From IMG/VR virus record IMGVR_UViG_3300017785_003076, positions 1-30,226 of that record: a DNA stretch of 30,226 bases; one strand, given 5' to 3'. A program made the translations under genes and the position numbers. Positions 1 to 6,764 of this stretch are shown in pieces. The DNA comes from a virus (lineage: Duplodnaviria; Caudoviricetes). The notes beneath the pieces were generated by a model that saw nothing but the letters and a program-made list of their open reading frames with translations, was not told the DNA's origin and searched no databases. Within the stretch, counting starts at the first letter, position 1. Every line of letters starts with the position of its first letter.

Positions 1-109
1 CACACAACCCATAGACGGGCAACATAAATGGCAGCATTACAGCCATCAGGCATATAGCTATTACCGGCATTAATACCATGCTTAATACTGCTATACACAA
101 CTCAAACAT
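1..109 (-). CDS. Partial small hydrophobic protein (runs off window start)
   Basis: Manual translation from ATG at 109: MFELCIAVLSMVLMPVIAICLMAVMLPFMLPVYGLC...; starts 3 nt after the stop of the upstream ORF. Confidence 0.5.
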   Translation of the reverse strand, partial: MFELCIAVLSMVLMPVIAICLMAVMLPFMLPVYGLC

Positions 110-112
110 TAC

Positions 113-274
113 TCATCTTTCTGATGGGTTAAGTTCCGTGTATTTTATTATTTCAGATTCTCCGCTGGCATTCTTTACCCACCAGACCCTAAAGCATTTC
201 TTGACATCGGGTAACGCATCGTCAACGCTAATGTAGAAATCTCGCTCGTACACAGTAGCTACGTCCTCGGTCAT
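113..274 (-). CDS. Small hypothetical protein (53 aa)
   Basis: Manual translation MTEDVATVYERDFYISVDDALPDVKKCFRVWWVKNASGESEIIKYTELNPSER; below ORF-track cutoff; start lies in a GATGAGTGATG motif. Confidence 0.55.
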   Translation of the reverse strand: MTEDVATVYERDFYISVDDALPDVKKCFRVWWVKNASGESEIIKYTELNPSER

Positions 275-298
275 CACTCATCACTTTCATCAGTTAGC

Positions 299-387
299 GG
301 GTGTGGGCAGGATTTGAACCTGCGGTCATGTTGCTTGGGCTACTACAGCTTGCCAGCATTGCCTTACCTAACTTGGCTACCACACCC
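299..387 (-). tRNA. tRNA-like RNA with non-canonical anticodon arm (identity unassigned)
   Basis: Minus strand: acceptor GGTGTGG/CCACACC (plus possible G-1:C73), TA linker, D arm GCC-AAGTTAGGTAA-GGC, T arm GCAGG-TTCAAAT-CCTGC; 37 nt between D and T arms without a 5 bp + 7 nt anticodon hairpin; no encoded CCA. Confidence 0.7.
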
Positions 388-417
388 ATAATCACTCAAT
401 CATCTATTCAGTTAAGA

Positions 418-606
418 TTACTCTATATCCGATTGGGTTGTGGGGCGCTTGGGTAGGGGCATCCAATGGGTTATCCCGTAGTCGTTACTAAAACTAAATT
501 CTTCATGACTCCATGATTGAACACTAAACCTATCAAGATTCCGGCTCGGCATATAAACAAGATGGTCGCCATCTGCGTCCGGCTTTACTTCAATCGGCTG
601 CCACAT
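418..606 (-). CDS. DUF551-family small phage protein
   Basis: N-terminal WQPIE and C-terminal ITHWMPLP motifs typical of DUF551; ATG at 606 preferred over GTG at 609. Confidence 0.75.
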   Translation of the reverse strand: MWQPIEVKPDADGDHLVYMPSRNLDRFSVQSWSHEEFSFSNDYGITHWMPLPKRPTTQSDIE

Positions 607-634
607 CACTCATCCTCCACTTCAGTTGTGTTCA

Positions 635-1303
635 TCATAGTCCAGCCTCTCTTAGCTTAGCTTCAAATTCTGCATCGCTTTGAATCTCTGGCTCAATAGT
701 CTCACCATAGTTGAAGATAAGAAGCGCATCCCATTCCTTATCTGATAACAGCGGATGGAACTCCCGCTCATAGAAATATTCCCGCCGCAGCTTTATTAAC
801 GCCTTGTTCTTTTCTTTTTCCACGCGCTTAATCCGCAGCTTTTCTGCCTTGGCGGCAAACTCTTTGGTTCTGTCAACGCTGATCGCCAGCGCGTTGCTAA
901 TCCTATTCCCTGTCCGCGCATAGGTAGTAAGCCCAGCGCGGCCAATCACCAGCTTTTGGCCAGTATTCTTCGCCCTGACCGTATTTACGCCTTCCTCTAG
1001 GGTGCGCTGTAAGTTTTCATATGCTATGGCTTTCATGGCTTTTGACTTTATGCCAATCTGCTTTTTATTGCAGAATCCCGTAAACTTAAAGAACCCATCT
1101 TCCGCCATTTTGGCGGCAAATATCGCATTAATCTGCTGGCTGGATATTTTTTTATCAACTACTTCCTTAAACTTCTCGGACATATTCTTGCTCAAGAAAA
1201 TGGTGATTTTTTCCCCAGAGCGCCCCATAACGGCATCTATCCAGAGGGGAGTGTGCCCTGTAAATCGGCAATATATTACACCCGTTTTTTTCTTGTATGC
1301 CAC
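635..1303 (-). CDS. Hypothetical basic protein (222 aa)
   Basis: Long Lys/Arg-rich ORF, GTG start, with its own predicted promoter; no family recognised. Confidence 0.7.
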   Translation of the reverse strand: MAYKKKTGVIYCRFTGHTPLWIDAVMGRSGEKITIFLSKNMSEKFKEVVDKKISSQQINAIFAAKMAEDGFFKFTGFCNKKQIGIKSKAMKAIAYENLQRTLEEGVNTVRAKNTGQKLVIGRAGLTTYARTGNRISNALAISVDRTKEFAAKAEKLRIKRVEKEKNKALIKLRREYFYEREFHPLLSDKEWDALLIFNYGETIEPEIQSDAEFEAKLREAGL

Positions 1304-1340
1304 AACAAATCACCCATGTGTTTATTCAGTTATGTGTGAT

Positions 1341-1369
1341 AAGTTAGCAAAACGGAAAGCTAATGTAAA
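1341..1369 (-). promoter_or_regulatory. Sigma70-like promoter with inverted repeat
   Basis: TTTACA-17 nt-TAACTT with TG extension; inverted repeat TTAGC(1344-1348)...GCTAA(1359-1363). Confidence 0.5.
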
Positions 1370-1378
1370 GTGATTACT

Positions 1379-1495
1379 TTATCGGTACGGATTAGCCACT
1401 GGAAACGGAGAGCAGCCTACGGTTTCGTTATACGGGCAGGGGGAGCAGCCCCAGAGCGACATAAGCACACCCATAAGCACCCACCAGCGCCACAT
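1379..1495 (-). CDS. Small putative lipoprotein (38 aa)
   Basis: MWRWWVLMGVLMSLWG-CSPCPYNETVGCSPFPVANPYR; signal peptide with lipobox-like LWGC; TGATG overlap with i-spanin stop. Confidence 0.55.
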   Translation of the reverse strand: MWRWWVLMGVLMSLWGCSPCPYNETVGCSPFPVANPYR

Positions 1496-1917
1496 CATTG
1501 CGTAACTCGATTAACGTATGCCTGACACGCCATTAGTTTTGCGGTGTTTTCTTCGGCTTCTCCGCCGAGGTCAATGATAGCAACGGTTCGATAAACTCCG
1601 TTACCAGCGGGGGTTGCATCATGTCCTGCGGCGGGGATGCCAGATTGCAGCTTGTTTTGTTCGTGTTTGAGCATCCGGCTAATAGCAGCGGCATGACGAG
1701 CATTAATAACTTTAAGTTGTTTTTGGTAATCATTTGACACCTCGTTTGTTACGGCCTTTGCCGCCTCGCATTGCAGGTTTAGCTGTTCCTTCTGATTCTC
1801 CAGCGCTGACTCGTTCCGCCAGCTCATCCAGTTCGCTGTTATCCATACCGCTATCCCCGCCGCCGCCAGATACGGCAACGCCCGAATACCTAAGCTTAAA
1901 AAAGAGAATGGCAACAT
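1495..1917 (-). CDS. Rz: Inner-membrane spanin (Rz-like)
   Basis: N-terminal transmembrane segment, predicted coiled-coil region, C-terminal LMACQAYV; contains an embedded lipoprotein ORF; sits in lysis region. Confidence 0.8.
   Translation of the reverse strand: MLPFSFLSLGIRALPYLAAAGIAVWITANWMSWRNESALENQKEQLNLQCEAAKAVTNEVSNDYQKQLKVINARHAAAISRMLKHEQNKLQSGIPAAGHDATPAGNGVYRTVAIIDLGGEAEENTAKLMACQAYVNRVTQ
1533..1733 (-). CDS. Rz1: Outer-membrane spanin lipoprotein (Rz1-like), embedded in Rz
   Basis: Lipobox LLAG-C, Pro-rich mature part (SPPQDMMQPP), fully nested in another frame of Rz. Confidence 0.8.
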   Translation of the reverse strand: MITKNNLKLLMLVMPLLLAGCSNTNKTSCNLASPPQDMMQPPLVTEFIEPLLSLTSAEKPKKTPQN

Positions 1918-2104
1918 ATGAACCCCCTACTATACCGCCGTATGCGGTTAACAATTCCCAATCCACAGAATCCGAGTGTAACATAATATAGGACATGATG
2001 CCATTAGCGATGTGTAACCATAGCTTAGACGCGCTCAGCCTGCCGTTGCGGCTATCGGTGAATAGGTCAAGGACGCAAACGCTATATTTTCCCAGTCTTA
2101 GCAT
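1730..2104 (-). CDS. Putative holin (DUF2644-like)
   Basis: DLFTDSRNGRLSASKLW motif followed by two hydrophobic segments and a basic C-terminal tail; directly upstream of the spanins. Confidence 0.6.
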   Translation of the reverse strand: MLRLGKYSVCVLDLFTDSRNGRLSASKLWLHIANGIMSYIMLHSDSVDWELLTAYGGIVGGSYVAILFFKLRYSGVAVSGGGGDSGMDNSELDELAERVSAGESEGTAKPAMRGGKGRNKRGVK

Positions 2105-2222
2105 GTTTTAGTTTCTCCACTATTTTTTCTATCTCGCGTTCAATATCCACGCCAATAGCCGCAGCTTTTCGCTCCAGTGCAAGGGCTTCAAGGATTGTGT
2201 CACGCGTTACCGTTCTTTGCAT
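2082..2222 (-). CDS. Small hypothetical protein (46 aa)
   Basis: Manual translation MQRTVTRDTILEALALERKAAAIGVDIEREIEKIVEKLKHAKTGKI fills the gap between neighbours. Confidence 0.45.
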   Translation of the reverse strand: MQRTVTRDTILEALALERKAAAIGVDIEREIEKIVEKLKHAKTGKI

Positions 2223-2412
2223 CTAAATGCCTGATAATGGCCTGTTGCGCCTGAATTAATCGCTTGCATTTTATTAGGTAAATAAACGTCTGGTACGCGG
2301 GGGCATGATAGGCCATCAAGTCAGCACTCGCCGCCATGATTTCATCGTGCAGCGTTTTCATTTCCGTGCTGGTGATTTCCACTTCTACTTCCTCTATGCG
2401 CCCCAATATCAT
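2200..2412 (-). CDS. Small hypothetical protein
   Basis: ORF track 2200..2448; start moved to ATG at 2412, which gives an ATGA overlap with the exonuclease stop. Confidence 0.55.
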   Translation of the reverse strand: MILGRIEEVEVEITSTEMKTLHDEIMAASADLMAYHAPAYQTFIYLIKCKRLIQAQQAIIRHLDAKNGNA

Positions 2413-3329
2413 AATTTCCTCGGCTTCACGGTTGACCATGCGCTGCAATCACAGCACCGATAGCGGTGGCGGATGGTGGTGGCTAGCAACTCAAACCCTT
2501 TATGCTCCATGTTGGAACCCCCGCACGACTTACAACGAAACACCGCGTCATCAATTAACAAGTTAAGATTTATTTTGCTTTTAACATACGGAAGCATCCT
2601 AACGAATACCTCCTCCAGAACCTCAACATCCTGCTTATTATACAGCACCATTTGGTTAATTGCATCCCTATTCCCTTGGGCGCATTTCACCCACAGCATC
2701 GCATCCGTCTTGTGCTTGCGGTCATCCGTCAGCAGCGTTGCTAGGTGGTCTAGGCTGTTGCTGTTTAGCGACCCCTTAAACCGCGCCTTGGCTAGTTTAT
2801 AAGTGTCTATATTGCAGACAGGAGGGAATGGCGGTAGGCGGTTATACATGCACCGCGCCGCTAGGAATGGCTCATCAAACCCCGCCCCAAAATGCGCCAC
2901 GGTGTAATGCGCCTGTTCGACTATGGGCAGAAACGCCTGCACCACCCATTTATCATCATATGTATCTGAGTGAGGAAAATCCGATATAGATATGGCGTAT
3001 GTTTCAGGCTCACCAAGCCATTTATAAGCTATGCTGCACACGCTTTTCCCTTTTTCAATGAAAGATAGCGGGATGGAGCGATTCTCGTTTCTGGTGTCAA
3101 AAAAATACCCGCGGTTAGGCAAGCATTCAATGTCGTATATAAGAATCCGCCCTACTGACGGTTTAGGTGTAATATGCGCCCGTATAATATCGGTCTTAGC
3201 TTCCTTTGCCCATGTGTAAACCGTGCGGCGGGGAATTCCGTGCTTTCTTGCGGCAGGCCGTACACCCATTACCGCCACATCAGCTAAAACTGCCTCCCGC
3301 GTCTGCTGATTGTGGGGTGTGCGGTTCAT
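2409..3329 (-). CDS. DEDDy 3'-5' exonuclease (RNase H-like fold) with N-terminal HTH and C-terminal zinc ribbon
   Basis: Exo I YDIE, Exo II HFGAGFD, Exo III YNKQD; N-terminal VRPAARKHGIPRRTVYTW HTH; CKSC...YRCCDC zinc ribbon; ATGA-coupled start at 3329. Confidence 0.85.
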   Translation of the reverse strand: MNRTPHNQQTREAVLADVAVMGVRPAARKHGIPRRTVYTWAKEAKTDIIRAHITPKPSVGRILIYDIECLPNRGYFFDTRNENRSIPLSFIEKGKSVCSIAYKWLGEPETYAISISDFPHSDTYDDKWVVQAFLPIVEQAHYTVAHFGAGFDEPFLAARCMYNRLPPFPPVCNIDTYKLAKARFKGSLNSNSLDHLATLLTDDRKHKTDAMLWVKCAQGNRDAINQMVLYNKQDVEVLEEVFVRMLPYVKSKINLNLLIDDAVFRCKSCGGSNMEHKGFELLATTIRHRYRCCDCSAWSTVKPRKL

Positions 3330-3721
3330 TTTCCCCTCACCCACAGGTCAAATGAATCGGGGAGTATATCCCGTAAATAGTCCATTGTGGCGCGGGATTC
3401 CGTCACGCCCACCGCTTCCTTACCGCCTATCATGTAGTTGCGGCCTACGCCTACACAGCCTTGTAGCTCGCTGGGATAGTTAGCGGCATGGAATAGAATC
3501 AGCGTCCGGTTCGGTACGCCCTTGATGTGCCAGTGATGACCGTATTTTGGGCTGGTACGCTTGACGACCTTATAATCGCCCGTAGGGATGCAGCTTACAA
3601 GGCGCTCATTATCCAGCCAAGGGCGCTCCACAGTCTTACACAGAATCACGCCGCCTAACTCCAACTGCCCGAACGTGCCAGTAGGAGAGAAAAATAAGCG
3701 GCGGAGTGTAGCCTGTGTCAT
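3326..3721 (-). CDS. DUF5675-family protein, candidate endolysin
   Basis: TVERPW..N....SCIPTGDY, SPKYG, VPNRTLILFHAAN...LQGCVGVG motifs; His/Cys pair resembling L,D-transpeptidase-type enzymes; occupies the endolysin position. Confidence 0.75.
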   Translation of the reverse strand: MTQATLRRLFFSPTGTFGQLELGGVILCKTVERPWLDNERLVSCIPTGDYKVVKRTSPKYGHHWHIKGVPNRTLILFHAANYPSELQGCVGVGRNYMIGGKEAVGVTESRATMDYLRDILPDSFDLWVRGK

Positions 3722-3725
3722 TAAA

Positions 3726-3821
3726 TTACATCCCTGTTGAAATCACCTGTCTAATACATGCGCCTGCAAACACCGAAAAGCCGAACACGATAACCGATAC
3801 TATGGCGAGAAAGTTGGTCAT
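3726..3821 (-). CDS. Small membrane peptide (31 aa)
   Basis: MTNFLAIVSVIVFGFSVFAGACIRQVISTGM; ATGA overlap with the upstream gene stop. Confidence 0.5.
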   Translation of the reverse strand: MTNFLAIVSVIVFGFSVFAGACIRQVISTGM

Positions 3822-4045
3822 TCTAACCACCGGACTATGAGTTTTCGTGCGTTTTCGGGAAGGCTCAAACCGAACATTAGCCCCGTGGCTCCGAGCGTAA
3901 GCAAGTACCGGATAACCCGTGCCGTTGCGTTTTTTACCATAGTGTGCCATGCCTCTAACTCCCGTTCCAATGCCGCGACTCTTACATCCAGCGCCTCATC
4001 CACCGCCTTTAGTCGCTCGATTTCTATGGCGGTTTCCTTGTCCAT
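3818..4045 (-). CDS. Small coiled-coil plus single-TM protein (holin/antiholin-like)
   Basis: Charged helical N-terminus, one C-terminal hydrophobic segment, precedes candidate endolysin. Confidence 0.6.
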   Translation of the reverse strand: MDKETAIEIERLKAVDEALDVRVAALERELEAWHTMVKNATARVIRYLLTLGATGLMFGLSLPENARKLIVRWLE

Positions 4046-4551
4046 TATACCGCTGCACTAATTATTGCACCAAGCACAGCCCCAGAAGCATACTCACCAA
4101 GCGCCCAGCCACGGCCACCCATCCCCTTAAACGGGTAGTACGCCAGCCCCATCAGCGGGCAGAGCGCCGCAAGCAGCATATTCCCATGCGCGAAATACAG
4201 CGCGACACCAACCGCAGGAATAAACAGGCACATGCGGAAAGTCATGGCAATAGCGCCCCAGATGGCAGGATTTTCCACCGGCATGTAGCGCATGATTGCA
4301 TCAACCGGCGCGAACTCGGATTCATTAGGAATAGCGCCATTTACAATAGCGCCGATATACTTCCCCCAGCCGGATAAAAAGGCCAGAAACAGCCCTACAG
4401 CCAGAACCGCAGCGGAGAGCAGAGTGGGCATCGCAGTCGCCATAGCCAACACACAGACAAGGCGGGCAGCGGTGGTGCTATCAGCATCGCCGGACAGCTT
4501 CGTTCCCCGTGCGCGATTCGCTAATGCGTATAGGATTATGGTCTGAATCAT
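4045..4551 (-). CDS. Multi-pass membrane protein (168 aa)
   Basis: Several hydrophobic segments; tightly coupled to neighbours. Confidence 0.7.
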   Translation of the reverse strand: MIQTIILYALANRARGTKLSGDADSTTAARLVCVLAMATAMPTLLSAAVLAVGLFLAFLSGWGKYIGAIVNGAIPNESEFAPVDAIMRYMPVENPAIWGAIAMTFRMCLFIPAVGVALYFAHGNMLLAALCPLMGLAYYPFKGMGGRGWALGEYASGAVLGAIISAAV

Positions 4552-4552
4552 A

Positions 4553-6592
4553 TTAGGTCGCCAACACTAGAGTTATGTGCGAAGTGCAGGTTGCGGTTGT
4601 GCCGCCGTTATCGCGGTTCGTGTAACCTGTTACAGTGCCTGACGGACAGTTAATCTGCCCGCTGTATGTAGTGGATGAGGTTGTGGCCGGAGAATCCACA
4701 AACGAAAACGCTATCGGGTAAGCCCCAGCGCTGTTAGCAACATACGCCGGGCCAGTCCAAACCACAGACGCGCCCCGCAATATTTGCAACTGAATATACG
4801 CATTGCTGCCGGAGCTAACATATAGCACACCAGAAACAACCACTTTTTGCGATATGCTGGTGGGCGTAATGCTGGTGGAATATGAACTTACTGTAACGTA
4901 GCTTGCGCCTAAAGACGCATAGGTTGCGGTTGATGTTAAGGACACATAAGACGACAGCGGAGCAGAAACAGGTGTGGTGGATTGCCACGTTGTGCCATTG
5001 CTGGTTAACACGTTGCCAGATGTGGAGGGCGCAACAAAGTTGGGCGTGGATGTTCCGTTGCCCAGAATGACGTTGTTAGCCGTAAGCGTGGTTAATCCAG
5101 TACCGCCTTGAGCAACCGTGCGCGTGGAAACAAGGTCAAGGATGCCCTGAACCGTACCCTTACGCAGAGCGCCAGCGTTAGCCAAGCTGCTAACCACCAC
5201 CGAGTCGCCCGTAGCGAGTGTGGCGCTAGACTGCCCCGTAATATCCGATGCGCTAAATGAACCCAATCCAGCATCACCTGCGCGGGCAAAATCTGCTAAG
5301 AGAATATCGGAGGCGGAGAGGCTGCCGCCGCTGGCGACATTCGTAACAGTAAGCTGCGCCCATGTGGTATTATTTGTTATCGTACCGGTGACGTTGAACG
5401 TCAGGAAGTTTTGAGGGGAGCCGAACTCGATAAAACTTAACACACCGCGCACGGTGTTGGTGCTGTCGTCCCATACAAGTATCTGGTTTAGATAATTGGG
5501 ATTCCCAGTATTAGCCGACGATGCAGATATAGCAATAGCCGTGGCGCTGGCAGGGGTGGCGTTGTTAAATCGGATATTTCCCGTGGAAGGGTCAGCCATT
5601 GCCGTGGTGGTTGAATACGTCCAGCGCGGGAAAGCATTGGCAGCCGCAGAAGCGGTTATTGCGTCTGCCGCAGCAGAAGCCGCAGAGCTAGACGCAGCCG
5701 CAGCCGAAGTAGATGCCGCCCCCACTAAGGTCGAAGGCGAAAACACCAGAATGTTGTTAGTGCCAATAGCCGGAGCGGTGTTGAAGGTCAGCGTAGTGCC
5801 GCCTGTGGTGTAGTCGGAAGGGGAAATGATGGTTGCCCCCGCCGAGGATGCCACGGACACAGAAACATCGTCCAGCGTGCCCGTAAACCCGTTACCCGTC
5901 CATGCAATGGTTTGCGTGGAACCAGCCACGATAACTTCGCGGTAAGTACCCGAAGCCGTGCGCTCCGTGCCGTTCTGCCCACCAATGGACGGAATCAATC
6001 CACCCGCGCTGCGTGTGATGGTATAAGTAACAGCATACGCCTGCCCAGCTACCAGCGTGACCAAGGCGGTCTGTGAAATAGCTGTGCTGATTGCGCCCGC
6101 TGCCGTAGCAACGACCGCCGCGATAGTCCAGCCTGCGCCTTTAGTCCAGATGGTGTCCGTGGTGAATGTGCCGTTTGCAACGTTAGCCTGCAATACGCTA
6201 TCGACAAACACCATAAGATTCTTGGAGTCGCTGCCAAGGTCGGTAGAGAGCGTAAACGCGGTTTGCGCCCCTGTACCGGAAAACGTCTGGAAGAACGGGC
6301 TGGACGCGCTGGCAATGGTTGAAAACGATGTTACGTTGTCAATGGTGCGGATAGTAGTGCCCGCTGCATCAGTGATGATGTATTTATAACTGCCATCAAT
6401 GAACCACACCGCACGACCCGCTGAGTCTAACTCTATGGGGTTGGCGGTCTGCGTGTTGCCTGTGCTGTCGGTGTACGCGGGTTTAGGCGTGGTTGTACCA
6501 GCGGAATAGGTGTAAATCTTACCCCCCGATAGCGGGTTGCCGTTATCGTCAAAGAACGCAATGAATGGCGGGGTGGCTAACACTATCGTCAT
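4553..6592 (-). CDS. Tail fibre/tailspike with P22-type head-binding N-terminus
   Basis: FFDDNGNPLSGGKIYTYSAGTTTP...NPIELDSAGRA N-terminal domain; TVAQGGTGLTTLTANNVILGNGT fibre motif; Ser/Thr/Ala-rich; follows ejection genes. Confidence 0.88.
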   Translation of the reverse strand: MTIVLATPPFIAFFDDNGNPLSGGKIYTYSAGTTTPKPAYTDSTGNTQTANPIELDSAGRAVWFIDGSYKYIITDAAGTTIRTIDNVTSFSTIASASSPFFQTFSGTGAQTAFTLSTDLGSDSKNLMVFVDSVLQANVANGTFTTDTIWTKGAGWTIAAVVATAAGAISTAISQTALVTLVAGQAYAVTYTITRSAGGLIPSIGGQNGTERTASGTYREVIVAGSTQTIAWTGNGFTGTLDDVSVSVASSAGATIISPSDYTTGGTTLTFNTAPAIGTNNILVFSPSTLVGAASTSAAAASSSAASAAADAITASAAANAFPRWTYSTTTAMADPSTGNIRFNNATPASATAIAISASSANTGNPNYLNQILVWDDSTNTVRGVLSFIEFGSPQNFLTFNVTGTITNNTTWAQLTVTNVASGGSLSASDILLADFARAGDAGLGSFSASDITGQSSATLATGDSVVVSSLANAGALRKGTVQGILDLVSTRTVAQGGTGLTTLTANNVILGNGTSTPNFVAPSTSGNVLTSNGTTWQSTTPVSAPLSSYVSLTSTATYASLGASYVTVSSYSTSITPTSISQKVVVSGVLYVSSGSNAYIQLQILRGASVVWTGPAYVANSAGAYPIAFSFVDSPATTSSTTYSGQINCPSGTVTGYTNRDNGGTTATCTSHITLVLAT

Positions 6593-6618
6593 GGTCTATC
6601 CCTTGTGTGGGCGCTGTT

Positions 6619-6646
6619 ATTATAGCGCGAAATGTGGTGTTTGTAA
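6619..6646 (-). promoter_or_regulatory. Predicted tail-fibre promoter with NrdR-box-like spacer
   Basis: TTACAA-16 nt-TATAAT on minus strand; spacer is ACACCACATTTCGCGC (6625-6640). Confidence 0.5.
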
Positions 6647-6654
6647 CGGCTTAA

Positions 6655-6682
6655 TTGACATTCTGGTAAGAAAGCGTATTGT
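6655..6682 (+). promoter_or_regulatory. Sigma70-like promoter for antisense micro-ORF
   Basis: TTGACA(6655-6660)-16 nt-TATTGT(6677-6682); ATG follows 6 nt later. Confidence 0.55.
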
Positions 6683-6688
6683 TAACTT

Positions 6689-6763
6689 ATGTTTATCTCT
6701 ATTCCAGTGTTAATATTTTTGTTCTTTTTCTTTTCTGCGGTTTTTACCGAAGAACAAGAATAA
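6689..6763 (+). CDS. Leaderless 24-aa hydrophobic peptide
   Basis: MFISIPVLIFLFFFFSAVFTEEQE; AT-rich; stop 1 nt from the convergent ejection-gene stop. Confidence 0.5.
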   Translation: MFISIPVLIFLFFFFSAVFTEEQE

Positions 6764-6764
6764 T

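Noticed and set aside
299-387. tRNA as attachment site or prophage boundary
   Set aside because: Phage-like small genes continue on both sides, and no integrase or duplicated tRNA 3' end is present in the window
3822-3950. N-terminal extension of the 74-aa ORF 3726..3950
   Set aside because: Overlaps the better-supported 3818..4045 gene; coupled ATG at 3821 is more plausible
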